Assembly: GCF_001622165.1 (NCBI RefSeq) | Contig: NZ_LVWG01000035.1 | Location: forward strand, 20,566 to 84,565 | Reading direction: 5' to 3' | Length of the DNA: 64,000 bases | Source of the DNA: Pelodictyon luteolum | GTDB lineage: Bacteria > Bacteroidota > Chlorobiia > Chlorobiales > Chlorobiaceae | Shown: positions 1-9,265 of the stretch, piece after piece | Position numbering within the stretch: the stretch's first letter is position 1 | Layout of the letters: each line of letters opens with the position of its first letter | Position numbers and translations under genes: made by a program | The notes under the pieces: generated by a model | Database searches by the model: none | The model's input: only the letters and a program-made list of their open reading frames with translations | Told to the model about the DNA's origin: nothing

Positions 1-1486
1 TTTCAATATCGGGATCGAACCGCGTTGTAAGGCGCAGCACCAGGCGGGAGCCTTCATCAATGGCCTCAAGCGATTCGACGTTCCGCCGGTGCCCCCGTTC
101 AAGGCCGTTGGCAATCCGGAGGATCCCAGACAAAACGTCCACCGCAGCGCGGTGTTTTGCCTTGAGGGAGGCATATCCGGGGTGCTTGTCCGAAGGAGGA
201 GATTTGCGGTGGTAACGGGCGACGTTTGCAATGACGGCGGTTTCGGAAGGAGAGAATCCGCGGAGTTCACCGTTGAGTATGATGTACTGCGAATGCTTGT
301 GGTGTGAGGAAATGGAAATGAAGGTCCCGATGTTGTGCAGGAGTGCTGCATATTCGAGCAGCTCGCGGTAATGGCCGTCGAGTCCATGGAGCGAGGCGAG
401 ACCGTCGAACATCTGCAGGCTGATGCGGGCGACCTGCTCCGAATGCGCCTGGTTCCAGCCACATCGGAATCCGAGTTCTCTGGCGCTTTCCATGCGGATA
501 TCAAGCTCGGGGTCAGGGCAGCGGCGGGGACTGGAAAGCGGACACTGCTGCAGATAGTGCAGCACCATCCCTTCGCGGAGCGAGGAGTCCGATACCACGA
601 TTTCCTGCAGGTTGAAGAGCCGGAAAATCATGTTGACGAGAATGAGCCCGGGGACGATGAGGTCCACACGCTTCTCGTCAAGACCTGTCATCTTCCGCCG
701 CTCAACGGAGCCAAGCGGGATCACCGCCCGGTAAAGCGATTCGAACTCGGCACGGGTGAAGGAACTGCTGTTGAGCGACCCCTCGCCATCAACGCCGTTC
801 ATGGACTGGATCATGCGGGCGATGTTCTCTGCTGTACCCGAAGATGCGATGGCACGATCGACCCCGATAGCCTCGGCAGCCTCAAGCGCAGAGACCATCT
901 CTGCTCCAAAAAACTGTTCAAGCAGCTTGATTTCACGTGCAGTGACGGGGTCGTGGCCGATGAAGCGTTCGAGCATTCGGGCTACGCCTATCTTGCGGCT
1001 CTCAAGCAGCCGTACACCCTGTTTGTTGGCGATGATGAACTCGACCGATCCGCCTCCGATGTCGAACAGAAGATCGTAGCGGTCGCGCAGTGCGACGGCG
1101 TTACGCACCCCGTAGTAGATGAATTCAGCCTCTTCAAGGCCGGAGATAACCTTTACTTTAAGACCTGTTTCGTCGCGGACCCGCTGGAGGAAATCCTGCT
1201 GGTTTTTGGCCTCGCGTATGGCGCTTGTGGCAAAGGCAAGGATGTTTTCACGCTCCACGCCCTGCTGGGCGGCAAGGACAAGGAAATTCTTCAGTGCGGC
1301 GATGCCATCACGCATGGAACCCTCATCAAGCATTTTCGTTGAAATGCTTCCACGGCCTATGCAGATCATGTCCTTCACCCGGTCGATTTCAACAATCCCC
1401 TTTCCGGGACTGTCCTCGACAATGACCATGTGGAAAGAGTTCGTACCCAGGTCGATGGCAGCAACCCTCATGGCGTCGTCCGGCAT
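1..1486 (-). CDS. ppx: Ppx/GppA exopolyphosphatase (3' end runs off the window)
   Basis: Manual translation: MPDDAMRVAAIDLGTNSFHMVIV (ASKHA motif), AFATSAIREAKN, and C-terminal LHNIGTFISISSHHKHSQYII...VARYHRK. Absent from the ORF track because its stop lies outside the window. Confidence 0.92.
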   Translation of the reverse strand, partial: MPDDAMRVAAIDLGTNSFHMVIVEDSPGKGIVEIDRVKDMICIGRGSISTKMLDEGSMRDGIAALKNFLVLAAQQGVERENILAFATSAIREAKNQQDFLQRVRDETGLKVKVISGLEEAEFIYYGVRNAVALRDRYDLLFDIGGGSVEFIIANKQGVRLLESRKIGVARMLERFIGHDPVTAREIKLLEQFFGAEMVSALEAAEAIGVDRAIASSGTAENIARMIQSMNGVDGEGSLNSSSFTRAEFESLYRAVIPLGSVERRKMTGLDEKRVDLIVPGLILVNMIFRLFNLQEIVVSDSSLREGMVLHYLQQCPLSSPRRCPDPELDIRMESARELGFRCGWNQAHSEQVARISLQMFDGLASLHGLDGHYRELLEYAALLHNIGTFISISSHHKHSQYIILNGELRGFSPSETAVIANVARYHRKSPPSDKHPGYASLKAKHRAAVDVLSGILRIANGLERGHRRNVESLEAIDEGSRLVLRLTTRFDPDIE

Positions 1487-1678
1487 ACTGGTACTAAGGA
1501 TAGGGATTCAGTGAAGCGTGCTTTTGCCCTCGGGGAAGGCATGCCTGCAAGGTACTGAATTTTAACAAAAAAGACGGGCGGGAGAGTTGGAAATTTCGAT
1601 GTATATTCCGCCTCAGTCCCCCTTTCCGCTGTGGGTGGAAAGCACCGTTTTCATGAGCCATTGAACCTCCCGTTTCAA

Positions 1679-2335
1679 ATGGAACACAACGACCGCCTGG
1701 GCCTGCGCTATGAAGTCGCCCGGAAAGCCATCCATCTGTCATCGCTGGCGATCGCAGTCATCTACTGCCATATCACGCGCGAGCTGGCGCTTATGCTCCT
1801 TGTCCCCCTGTTTCTTGGATTCTTCGCCGTCGACCTCCTGAAAAACTTCAAAGGCCCGGTGGCCGACTGGTACCACGGGACGTTCGGCTATATGCTCCGC
1901 GAGCATGAACTTGAAGGTGAGAAACCCCACATGAACGGAGCAACCTGCATCACTCTCTCGGCCCTCATCCTCGTCATCTTCTTTCCTAAAATCATCGCCA
2001 TCACCGCATTTTCAATGGTGGCCGTATCCGACACCATGGCCGCCCTCGTCGGAAAAACCCTCGGCCGGCACCGCTTCGGACACAAAAGCCTTGAAGGAAG
2101 CGGCGCGTTTTTCCTCTCAGCACTCGGCATCGTCGCCGTCGTCCCCAACATTGACCCGCTGGCAGGTGTCCTGATGGCCTTAGTCGGAACAGTTGCCGAA
2201 GCGTTTGTTTTCCGCATTGCCGGTTTCAGGATCGATGACAACCTGAGCATTCCGATTGCTGCCGCTGCGGCAGGCATGCTCTACTACACCATCTTCATCC
2301 CCGAAGCAATCGAGATCCTCTCCATCTGCCGATAG
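1679..2335 (+). CDS. CTP-dependent prenol/dolichol kinase-like membrane protein (CTP_transf_1 / VTE5-like)
   Basis: RKAIHL, DTMAALVGK..G, KSLEGS, DDNLSIP motifs; multi-pass hydrophobic; start placed at ATG 1679. Confidence 0.75.
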   Translation: MEHNDRLGLRYEVARKAIHLSSLAIAVIYCHITRELALMLLVPLFLGFFAVDLLKNFKGPVADWYHGTFGYMLREHELEGEKPHMNGATCITLSALILVIFFPKIIAITAFSMVAVSDTMAALVGKTLGRHRFGHKSLEGSGAFFLSALGIVAVVPNIDPLAGVLMALVGTVAEAFVFRIAGFRIDDNLSIPIAAAAAGMLYYTIFIPEAIEILSICR

Positions 2336-2350
2336 ACGGACTAAGCACCC

Positions 2351-3298
2351 ATGCAGACCTGCATCACCGATTCAGCCGAGGAAGCAGCCAGAATCCTCAA
2401 CGCCGGAAAGATCGTCGCGTTCCCCACTGAAACCGTTTACGGGCTCGGAGCCGGCATCGATTTTCCTGAAGCGGTTGAAGGGTTATTCCGGGCAAAAGGC
2501 CGACCCTCCGACAACCCGCTCATCGTACACGTCAGCAGTGTCGAACAGGTGGAGATGGCAGCAGCCAGGGTCACAACGGACGCACGGCGACTGATGGAGG
2601 GTTTCTTCCCCGGGCCGCTCACCATCGTCTTCCCTAAAAGCCCGAGGGTGCGCCATTCGGTCACGGCAGGGCTCGAGACCGTCGGAATCCGCTGCCCCCG
2701 CCATCCCGTAGCCCGCCTGTTCCTCTCCCGCTGCTGCTGCCCTGTCGCAGCGCCTTCAGCAAACCGCTCGGGCCGCCCCAGCGCAACCACATGGGAAGCT
2801 GTCAGGGAAGACCTCGACGGCCGCATCGACGCCATCCTCAAGGGGGAACCGAGCCGGATTGGCCTTGAATCGACCATAGTAGACTGCACCGGCCCTCACC
2901 CCGTCATGCTGAGAGCCGGAGCTGTCAGCCTGGAAGAACTGCAGAGCATCGTGGCGTCAACCACCGCCGCCCGCCCGTTGGAAGAGGGAGAAACCCCGAA
3001 AAGCCCGGGACTGAAATACCCCCACTACGCACCGGAAGCCGAAATCATCCCGATCGAGAAAGGAGATATGCCCTCTCCAGAAGGACGCGCTGCATATATC
3101 GGAACCGCGCCGCCACCGAGAGGCATGGCATTCGTCGAGCAGTGCATTGACCTTGAAACATACGCACGGAGCCTCTTCCACTTCTTCAGGGAGTGCGACC
3201 GCCGGGCAATAAGCACCATCTACTGCGAACTGCCCCCGACGGCCGGCATCGGCCGCGCCCTTCTTGACCGCATCAAGCGCGCAGCAGGGCACAAGTAA
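2351..3298 (+). CDS. sua5: L-threonylcarbamoyl-AMP synthase, Sua5 type (YrdC plus SUA5 domain)
   Basis: VAFPTETVYGLGA, KGRPSDNPLIVH, AAPSANRSGRPS, SPGLKYPHYAP. Confidence 0.95.
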   Translation: MQTCITDSAEEAARILNAGKIVAFPTETVYGLGAGIDFPEAVEGLFRAKGRPSDNPLIVHVSSVEQVEMAAARVTTDARRLMEGFFPGPLTIVFPKSPRVRHSVTAGLETVGIRCPRHPVARLFLSRCCCPVAAPSANRSGRPSATTWEAVREDLDGRIDAILKGEPSRIGLESTIVDCTGPHPVMLRAGAVSLEELQSIVASTTAARPLEEGETPKSPGLKYPHYAPEAEIIPIEKGDMPSPEGRAAYIGTAPPPRGMAFVEQCIDLETYARSLFHFFRECDRRAISTIYCELPPTAGIGRALLDRIKRAAGHK

Positions 3299-5353
3299 TC
3301 AGAACGTCCACAGGCAACCGACATGCAGCGAAGCCGGAGAGTCCGTACTGCGCAGGTCGGAACCGCTGCTGTAAACATCCCTGTCGGTATACGTCGTAAC
3401 CTCATAGCGAGCCGCAAGATTCAGGTTCGCTTCAGCTCTCCAGGCAGCAAGGAAAAACATCGATTTTCCCCGTCCGTTGTATGCTCCGAGGTCGAACTGC
3501 ATCGGAAGACCATCCTCATATGCATAGATCTGCGCGTCGGAGCTGTCGGTATTGAACACGGTTCCGCGCCACTTCAGGCTGAGCCTTCCGGTGGCATAGT
3601 TCAGCTGTTCATAGACCAGCCAACCGTTGTAGGAACTGGGGGCTGCATAGTACTCCTTCGAAACCCGCTTGAGTTCGCCGCGGGTACGGGTACTGAACCC
3701 TTTCAGCACTTTCAGGTCGCAATCAAGCCGGATCCTGTCCGTCACGACTGGCAGCGGGGCATAGCCAGCGACACAGTCCTCCCCACCAGTGGCACACTGT
3801 GCAGATGACGCCTCCTCCTTCTCTTTGTGCTGCAGCTGCATCGTCCATGTGAGGGTTGGTGAAGCCTTCCACACCGTAAACAAACGCATATCCTGCCCCT
3901 CCGAAGGGTAGGGATAGTATGCGGGACTCAGAAGCGGAAAACGAAACCAGTCGAAGTACGCACCAACCTGTACCCGCCGGCTCAGTTTCGCATCGATGCC
4001 GACATAATAACCCTCTTCGTTCATCGCATTGTCAGCCCGTTCGGCAAACGCCCCGGCAAAAGGAGAATAATAGCGGTCCCCGTAGTTGCGCACTGCCGCT
4101 ACCGCACTCACCCCGTGCAGCGGCTCGTATGATACGCCGCCGATCCATGAAGCCGCTTCGGGCTTTTGGGAAAAGGCCGCTTCCATGAACATCCCGAACT
4201 TTCCGGACGCAAGAGCGGCCTCAAGACCCACGAGATCGCCTGAAGAGGCTTCGTCAGGAGAAAAACCGGCGTCAACCAGCGACTCCAGCGGCTCGGAATA
4301 CCGGTAGTGGACCATGCTTGCACCAATCCGCCCGTTCACTCCGGGAGCGCTGAAGTTCCATAAAAGGTTGGCGCCAGAAGCCTCCTCCCGCACCCCGTCC
4401 TGACGGGAAATCTCCAGTTCCGTGCGATGGTAGCCCGACTCGTCAAAACTGGTGATGAGCTCAAGATCACTGACTCTTCCATCCACGCGGTTGGAGGCGG
4501 TGAACGCCGTAACCTCGAAATCACCGGGCCGAAGGGTTGCCGCCGCACCCTGCAGGAACCCGTACTCGGCGCTCGAACTATAGGGCGAAAGTCGCCGGGA
4601 ATGCAGCCGCACGCTTCCGGCAGGATCGGAGCCTTTTGAAAAATACCGGTTCTGGCCCATCAGAAGTCCTTCACCGAAATTGAGGGTGTAGTTGCCGACA
4701 ACGGCGCTTTTGACGATGCCGATGTCGTAAGCATTGAGGCTGAAGGAGGTGAAGTCGTCAAGGTCCGGCTCCCCCACGTCCTTTTCCTGAACCACGCTAG
4801 CCTTCAGGTGCGGGATGGCAAGCTGAAAGCGATTGTAGAGTTTATAATTGTCGCCCTCATAATCACCGATCGTGATGCCCTGCCGCTCGGGCATTTCAGT
4901 ATAGTAGCGACTGTAGAAGGATCCTTCGATCTGGTCGCGGAGAGCCTCCCGACGCAGCATGAGGTCCTTTTCAAAGACAATGTAGGGGATCATCCGCGCG
5001 GCCTTCTCCCTGCCGACGAGGGCAGCGAGGTCCGATTCGTTGCGGATGGGAGTCCTGCGGCGAGCGGAGAGAATAGTCTGGGCGTCGGTGTTCGTCAGCC
5101 AGGGCAGCTGGAGCAGGTCTTCGGCTGTAGCTTCATTCAGCGGGATCTTCTGCCGTTTAAGATCGGCAAGGTCTTCAAGGAGGGGTTCAAGGTTGCCCTC
5201 TGGTTCGAGGGCACCGAAGACGGACTCAAGCTCGTCCGAATCAGCGGCTTCGGCTGCCTCAGGCGGCCGGGCCAGAAGCACGATGAAAAGATAGCCGGCC
5301 ATCACCCGCATGGCGTGACCGTTTTCCCTGTTGTGAAAAAGTCTCATTGCCAT
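3299..5353 (-). CDS. ComEA-like helix-hairpin-helix domain fused to a probable outer-membrane beta-barrel
   Basis: N-terminal hydrophobic segment; IPLNEATAEDLLQLPWL HhH_3-like motif; beta-strand-like body; C-terminal aromatic end (LWTF). Start uncertain (5353, 5347 or 5311). Confidence 0.7.
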   Translation of the reverse strand: MAMRLFHNRENGHAMRVMAGYLFIVLLARPPEAAEAADSDELESVFGALEPEGNLEPLLEDLADLKRQKIPLNEATAEDLLQLPWLTNTDAQTILSARRRTPIRNESDLAALVGREKAARMIPYIVFEKDLMLRREALRDQIEGSFYSRYYTEMPERQGITIGDYEGDNYKLYNRFQLAIPHLKASVVQEKDVGEPDLDDFTSFSLNAYDIGIVKSAVVGNYTLNFGEGLLMGQNRYFSKGSDPAGSVRLHSRRLSPYSSSAEYGFLQGAAATLRPGDFEVTAFTASNRVDGRVSDLELITSFDESGYHRTELEISRQDGVREEASGANLLWNFSAPGVNGRIGASMVHYRYSEPLESLVDAGFSPDEASSGDLVGLEAALASGKFGMFMEAAFSQKPEAASWIGGVSYEPLHGVSAVAAVRNYGDRYYSPFAGAFAERADNAMNEEGYYVGIDAKLSRRVQVGAYFDWFRFPLLSPAYYPYPSEGQDMRLFTVWKASPTLTWTMQLQHKEKEEASSAQCATGGEDCVAGYAPLPVVTDRIRLDCDLKVLKGFSTRTRGELKRVSKEYYAAPSSYNGWLVYEQLNYATGRLSLKWRGTVFNTDSSDAQIYAYEDGLPMQFDLGAYNGRGKSMFFLAAWRAEANLNLAARYEVTTYTDRDVYSSGSDLRSTDSPASLHVGCLWTF

Positions 5354-5379
5354 GGGGGTTAGTCCTGCGTGAAAAAAAA

Positions 5380-6132
5380 TCAGGAACTTCCGGCTAACAG
5401 CCGGAGCTGCTGCACCTCGGTACGCGTAAGATGGCGCCACTGGCCCCGGCGGAGATCACCGGCTGTAAGGCCTGCATAAGCTGCCCTGTCAAGCCGTGTC
5501 ACTTCAAACCCCAGTGTCTTAAACATCCTGCGAACCTGATGGTTCTTTCCTTCGTGTATGCTGATCCAGACCTGTGAGCCGTCTCCCATAATCTTGGCCT
5601 GGCAAGGACTTACCTTCTCCCCGGTGTCTGATAGGCGCATGCCGCCCGTGAGGAGAGGAAGGGACGCCTGCGGGAACGGAGCGTCCAATACAGCAATGTA
5701 CTCTTTTTTCACATTTGAAGAAGGATGCATCAGTTTATTTGCCAGCATCCCGTCATTGGTGAGGAGAAGCACGCCGGTGGTTTTGCGGTCAAGACGACCG
5801 ACCGGATAGACCCGTTCATTGACATCAATGAAATCGAGCACCATCTCACGGTTCCGCTCATCACTGCTGGTGGTGATGACATTGCGGGGCTTGTTGAAGA
5901 GGATGTATATCTTCCGGCCCTCAGGCTGGGCGAATTTCGATCCGTCGACAATCACCTCATCCTTTCCCGGCACCACCTTCACGCCGGGCTCAGTGGCCAG
6001 AACGCCGTTGATGGTGACCCGACCCTCGAGAACCATCTGGTCGGCGGCCCTGCGCGAGGCTATCCCGCACATGGCCAGATACCGGTTGATCCTTACCGCC
6101 TCATTCTGTTTCTTCTCCACGCTGTTCCCCAT
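5380..6132 (-). CDS. rluB: 23S rRNA pseudouridine synthase (RluB/RsuA family, S4 domain)
   Basis: VRINRYLAMCGIASRR S4 domain; YPVGRLD catalytic motif; EGKNHQVRRM. Confidence 0.9.
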   Translation of the reverse strand: MGNSVEKKQNEAVRINRYLAMCGIASRRAADQMVLEGRVTINGVLATEPGVKVVPGKDEVIVDGSKFAQPEGRKIYILFNKPRNVITTSSDERNREMVLDFIDVNERVYPVGRLDRKTTGVLLLTNDGMLANKLMHPSSNVKKEYIAVLDAPFPQASLPLLTGGMRLSDTGEKVSPCQAKIMGDGSQVWISIHEGKNHQVRRMFKTLGFEVTRLDRAAYAGLTAGDLRRGQWRHLTRTEVQQLRLLAGSS

Positions 6133-6742
6133 CGATTGTTTCCTGTGCTCCGCCGTCAAAGGGTTCCCCTCCGCTGTCCGGCTGTGATAGATATTCCTGT
6201 TCCTCGTGCTCGCGGAGGATCTCCTGGATCTCGCGAAGTTTCGGCAGGTCTTTGAGTGATGAAAGATGGAACAGGTCGAGGAACTCTTTCGTGGTTCCAT
6301 ACTGCAGGGGCTTGCCGGGGGAATCGGCACGACCCCGCACTTCGATAAGCTCGCGCTCCAGAAGCCGGTCAATGGCATAATCGGGGCTCACCCCGCGGAT
6401 CTCCTGGATTGACCCCTTGGTCACCGGCTGGTGGTATGCGATGACGGAAAGCACCTCCAGGATGGAACGTGATAGACGGCGCCGGATTTTTGGCGACTCC
6501 AGCTTCCGCAGGAGTTCTGCGTACTCGTCCCTCGAAAGGAACCGGTAGCCGCCGGCAAGCCGGTGGATATGGAACGTCCGCCCCGTCTCCAGATACTCGG
6601 CGTTCAGCCGCTCAATGATCTCCTGCAGCTCGCCCGAGTCAAGGGAGGTACCGGTCACCTGCCGTATGGTCTGGAGGGTCACCGCCTCCTCGGAAGCGAA
6701 GATCACCGCTTCGATCTCTTGGTGCAATGCACGTTCCTGCAT
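6101..6742 (-). CDS. scpB: SMC-Scp complex subunit ScpB
   Basis: EAVIFAS, LEVLSVIAYHQPVTK, GKPLQYGTTKEFLDLF. Confidence 0.95.
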   Translation of the reverse strand: MQERALHQEIEAVIFASEEAVTLQTIRQVTGTSLDSGELQEIIERLNAEYLETGRTFHIHRLAGGYRFLSRDEYAELLRKLESPKIRRRLSRSILEVLSVIAYHQPVTKGSIQEIRGVSPDYAIDRLLERELIEVRGRADSPGKPLQYGTTKEFLDLFHLSSLKDLPKLREIQEILREHEEQEYLSQPDSGGEPFDGGAQETIDGEQRGEETE

Positions 6743-6798
6743 CTCTTTCGGGGAAGCTTCGGTTGGCAGAACGACGGCTGCGCCGCCCAACGGCGGTA

Positions 6799-7569
6799 CT
6801 ACCTTTTGCGGGCCGTCGAAAAGTTGTGGTCGAGGCAGATACCCTCTTCGAAATTGTACCAGAGTTCCTGGCAGGGGAAATTGCACTCGTAAAAGGCTTT
6901 TCCGATAATGACCGAATCGACTCCGCAGTACTGCAGACCGGCAAGACGCCGGAGATCCTCGGAACTGGTCACGCCGCCCGAGGCGGTCACCTTCATGCCC
7001 GCCAGTTCGGCAAAGCGCCTGGTGGTCTCATAGCCGACACCCTGGAGCATGCCGTCGCGCGTAATGTCTGTGTAGATGATTCGCTCGATGCCCATATCCT
7101 TCATCCTCTGGGCCAGCTCGAAGTCCTTCAGGTGGGCGCTCTCGGTCCACCCCTTTATCTTCGGCACGCCGTTGACGGCATCGATGCCGACGACGATCTT
7201 CGATGCGCGCCAGGTTTTCATGAGGTCGCCAACGAGTTCAGGGTTCGTCACGGCAGCCGAGCCGATGACCACCCGCCCGACTCCCATGTCGAGGTATCGC
7301 TTCACATCGTCTGCCGAACGGATGCCGCCGCCGACCTGTACGGGAATGTCGAGTTCTTCGACAATCTGGCGGATCCTTTCAAAATTGACCATCTCTCCTG
7401 TCAGGGCGGCGTCAAGATCGACGATATGGAGCATCTTGGCGTTCTGCTTGCGCCATATGATGGCCATGTCAAGGGGATTGTCAAGGTAGATCTTCTGCTG
7501 ACTGAAATCGCCTCTCGTCAGCCTGACGCACTTTCCGTCCTTTATGTCTATAGCGGGAATAATCAGCAT
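6799..7569 (-). CDS. hisA: ProFAR isomerase HisA
   Basis: MLIIPAIDIKDGKCVRL, QVGGGIRS, YTDITRDGML, ASGGV. Confidence 0.96.
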   Translation of the reverse strand: MLIIPAIDIKDGKCVRLTRGDFSQQKIYLDNPLDMAIIWRKQNAKMLHIVDLDAALTGEMVNFERIRQIVEELDIPVQVGGGIRSADDVKRYLDMGVGRVVIGSAAVTNPELVGDLMKTWRASKIVVGIDAVNGVPKIKGWTESAHLKDFELAQRMKDMGIERIIYTDITRDGMLQGVGYETTRRFAELAGMKVTASGGVTSSEDLRRLAGLQYCGVDSVIIGKAFYECNFPCQELWYNFEEGICLDHNFSTARKR

Positions 7570-7611
7570 GGCGGGTCGCAGCAATACATAGGTTAAAAGG
7601 GGATGCAGATC

Positions 7612-8217
7612 CTAGCACTCCGCGAAATTCCGAAGCACCTGCAAACCAGCTTCGGAGCTCTTTTCGGGGTGAAACTGCACCGCAAAAATACCATTTTTTT
7701 CAATGGCGGAACAAAAGTTTTTTCCCGCGAACCAGGTCGTCGAGGCCATGCTGGAGGCCTCCAGAGGATCGCAGTAGTACGAGTGTACGAAATAGAAGAA
7801 AGAGTGGTCCTCAATGCCCCGGAAAAGGACGCTATCCTTCTGGAGGTCGATGGAGTTCCAACCGATCTGGGGAATCTTGTCTGTATCGCTCTTGAAATGC
7901 CGGACACTGCCCGGAATGAGTCCGAGGCCGCGGTGCGAACCCATCTCTTCGCTTTCGGAAAGCATCAGCTGCATGCCGAGGCAGATGCCGAAAAGGTGGC
8001 CGCCTTTATCGACATGCTCGGAAAGTGCGTCAGTGAACCCGAGGTGGTCGAGCGCCTCGATGGCCTGGCCAAACGCGCCGACACCCGGAAGCACGACCTT
8101 TCTGCAGCCAGCCATTTTGGCGGGATCGCTGCTGACGGTTGCCGGAATGCCGAGATAATCGAAGGCCTTCTGCACCGAACGGAGGTTTCCGGCGCCGTAA
8201 TCAGCTATAAACACCAT
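7612..8217 (-). CDS. hisH: Imidazole glycerol phosphate synthase glutamine amidotransferase subunit
   Basis: DYGAGNL, LPGVGAFG, GICLGMQ, FYFVHSY, QFHPEKS. Confidence 0.97.
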   Translation of the reverse strand: MVFIADYGAGNLRSVQKAFDYLGIPATVSSDPAKMAGCRKVVLPGVGAFGQAIEALDHLGFTDALSEHVDKGGHLFGICLGMQLMLSESEEMGSHRGLGLIPGSVRHFKSDTDKIPQIGWNSIDLQKDSVLFRGIEDHSFFYFVHSYYCDPLEASSMASTTWFAGKNFCSAIEKNGIFAVQFHPEKSSEAGLQVLRNFAEC

Positions 8218-8362
8218 GTGCACGCAATCCCCGGGAAGGGCGGCCAGAGCCGCTGTCCAACCCCATTTTTTAATTCAATTTTTAATCCGTATTATGTTAG
8301 CTTTTGCGCCCCGCCAAAAAAAAGTACCGGACTCCATAAACCCATACGAAACCGACGAACCA

Positions 8363-9208
8363 ATGTATAGAATTGTTTCCTCAATTTTCTTAGCTGAAAA
8401 TATCAAAAAATTGGAAATTGAGGCGCCGAGGATCGCCAAAAAGAGAAAAGCCGGCCAGTTTATCATGTTGCGCGTCACTTCGCATGGAGAAAGGGTGCCC
8501 TTGACCATTGCCGGCTCCGACCCTGAAAAGGGAACCATCACCCTCATCGTCCAGGGAATGGGGAAATCCACCAGGGAACTCAACGCCCTGGAGGCAGGAA
8601 ACTCGATAGCAGACGTCGTCGGACCCCTCGGCACCCCCTCCCACATTGAGAACTTCGGCACAGCAGTCAGCATCGGAGGAGGTGTGGGCACGGCCATCGC
8701 CTACCCGACCGCAGTCGCCCTCAAAGAGGCGGGAAACCACGTCATCACCATCAACGGTGCCCGTTCGAAAGAGCTCGTCATCCTTGAAAAGGAAATGAAC
8801 GAGGTCTCCGACGAAGCCTATATCACTACCGATGACGGCTCGTACGGTTTCCACGGCTTCGTCACCCAGAAACTGCAGGAACTCATCGACTCAGGCCGCA
8901 AGATCGATTACGTGCTCGCCATCGGACCCATTCCGATGATGAAGGCCATCGCCGAAGTCACCCGTCCCTACGGCATAAAGACCGTCGTCAGCCTCAACCC
9001 CATCATGGTCGACGGCACCGGCATGTGCGGCGGCTGCAGGGTCACGGTAAAGGATGAGATCAAGTTTGCCTGCGTCGACGGACCGGAGTTCGATGCCCAC
9101 GAGGTCGACTTCACCAACCTCGCCGACCGCAACAGGATCTACCTCTCTGAAGAGAAAGAGTCGGCTGAAGGCACAAGCCACCGTTGCCACCTGCACATGG
9201 ATAAGTAA
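8363..9208 (+). CDS. nfnA: NfnA/SudB-like FAD- and [2Fe-2S]-containing subunit
   Basis: AGQFIMLR, ERVPLTIA, GGGVGTA, DGTGMCGGCRV...FACVDGPEF. Confidence 0.85.
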   Translation: MYRIVSSIFLAENIKKLEIEAPRIAKKRKAGQFIMLRVTSHGERVPLTIAGSDPEKGTITLIVQGMGKSTRELNALEAGNSIADVVGPLGTPSHIENFGTAVSIGGGVGTAIAYPTAVALKEAGNHVITINGARSKELVILEKEMNEVSDEAYITTDDGSYGFHGFVTQKLQELIDSGRKIDYVLAIGPIPMMKAIAEVTRPYGIKTVVSLNPIMVDGTGMCGGCRVTVKDEIKFACVDGPEFDAHEVDFTNLADRNRIYLSEEKESAEGTSHRCHLHMDK

Positions 9209-9265
9209 AGCGGCGACGAGAAGAGAAGGGTACTCTGCACAATCATTTTCCAACTGAACACAACC

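Noticed and set aside
335-1342. 335-aa plus-strand ORF
   Set aside because: Antisense shadow of ppx; the minus strand has the clear Ppx motifs
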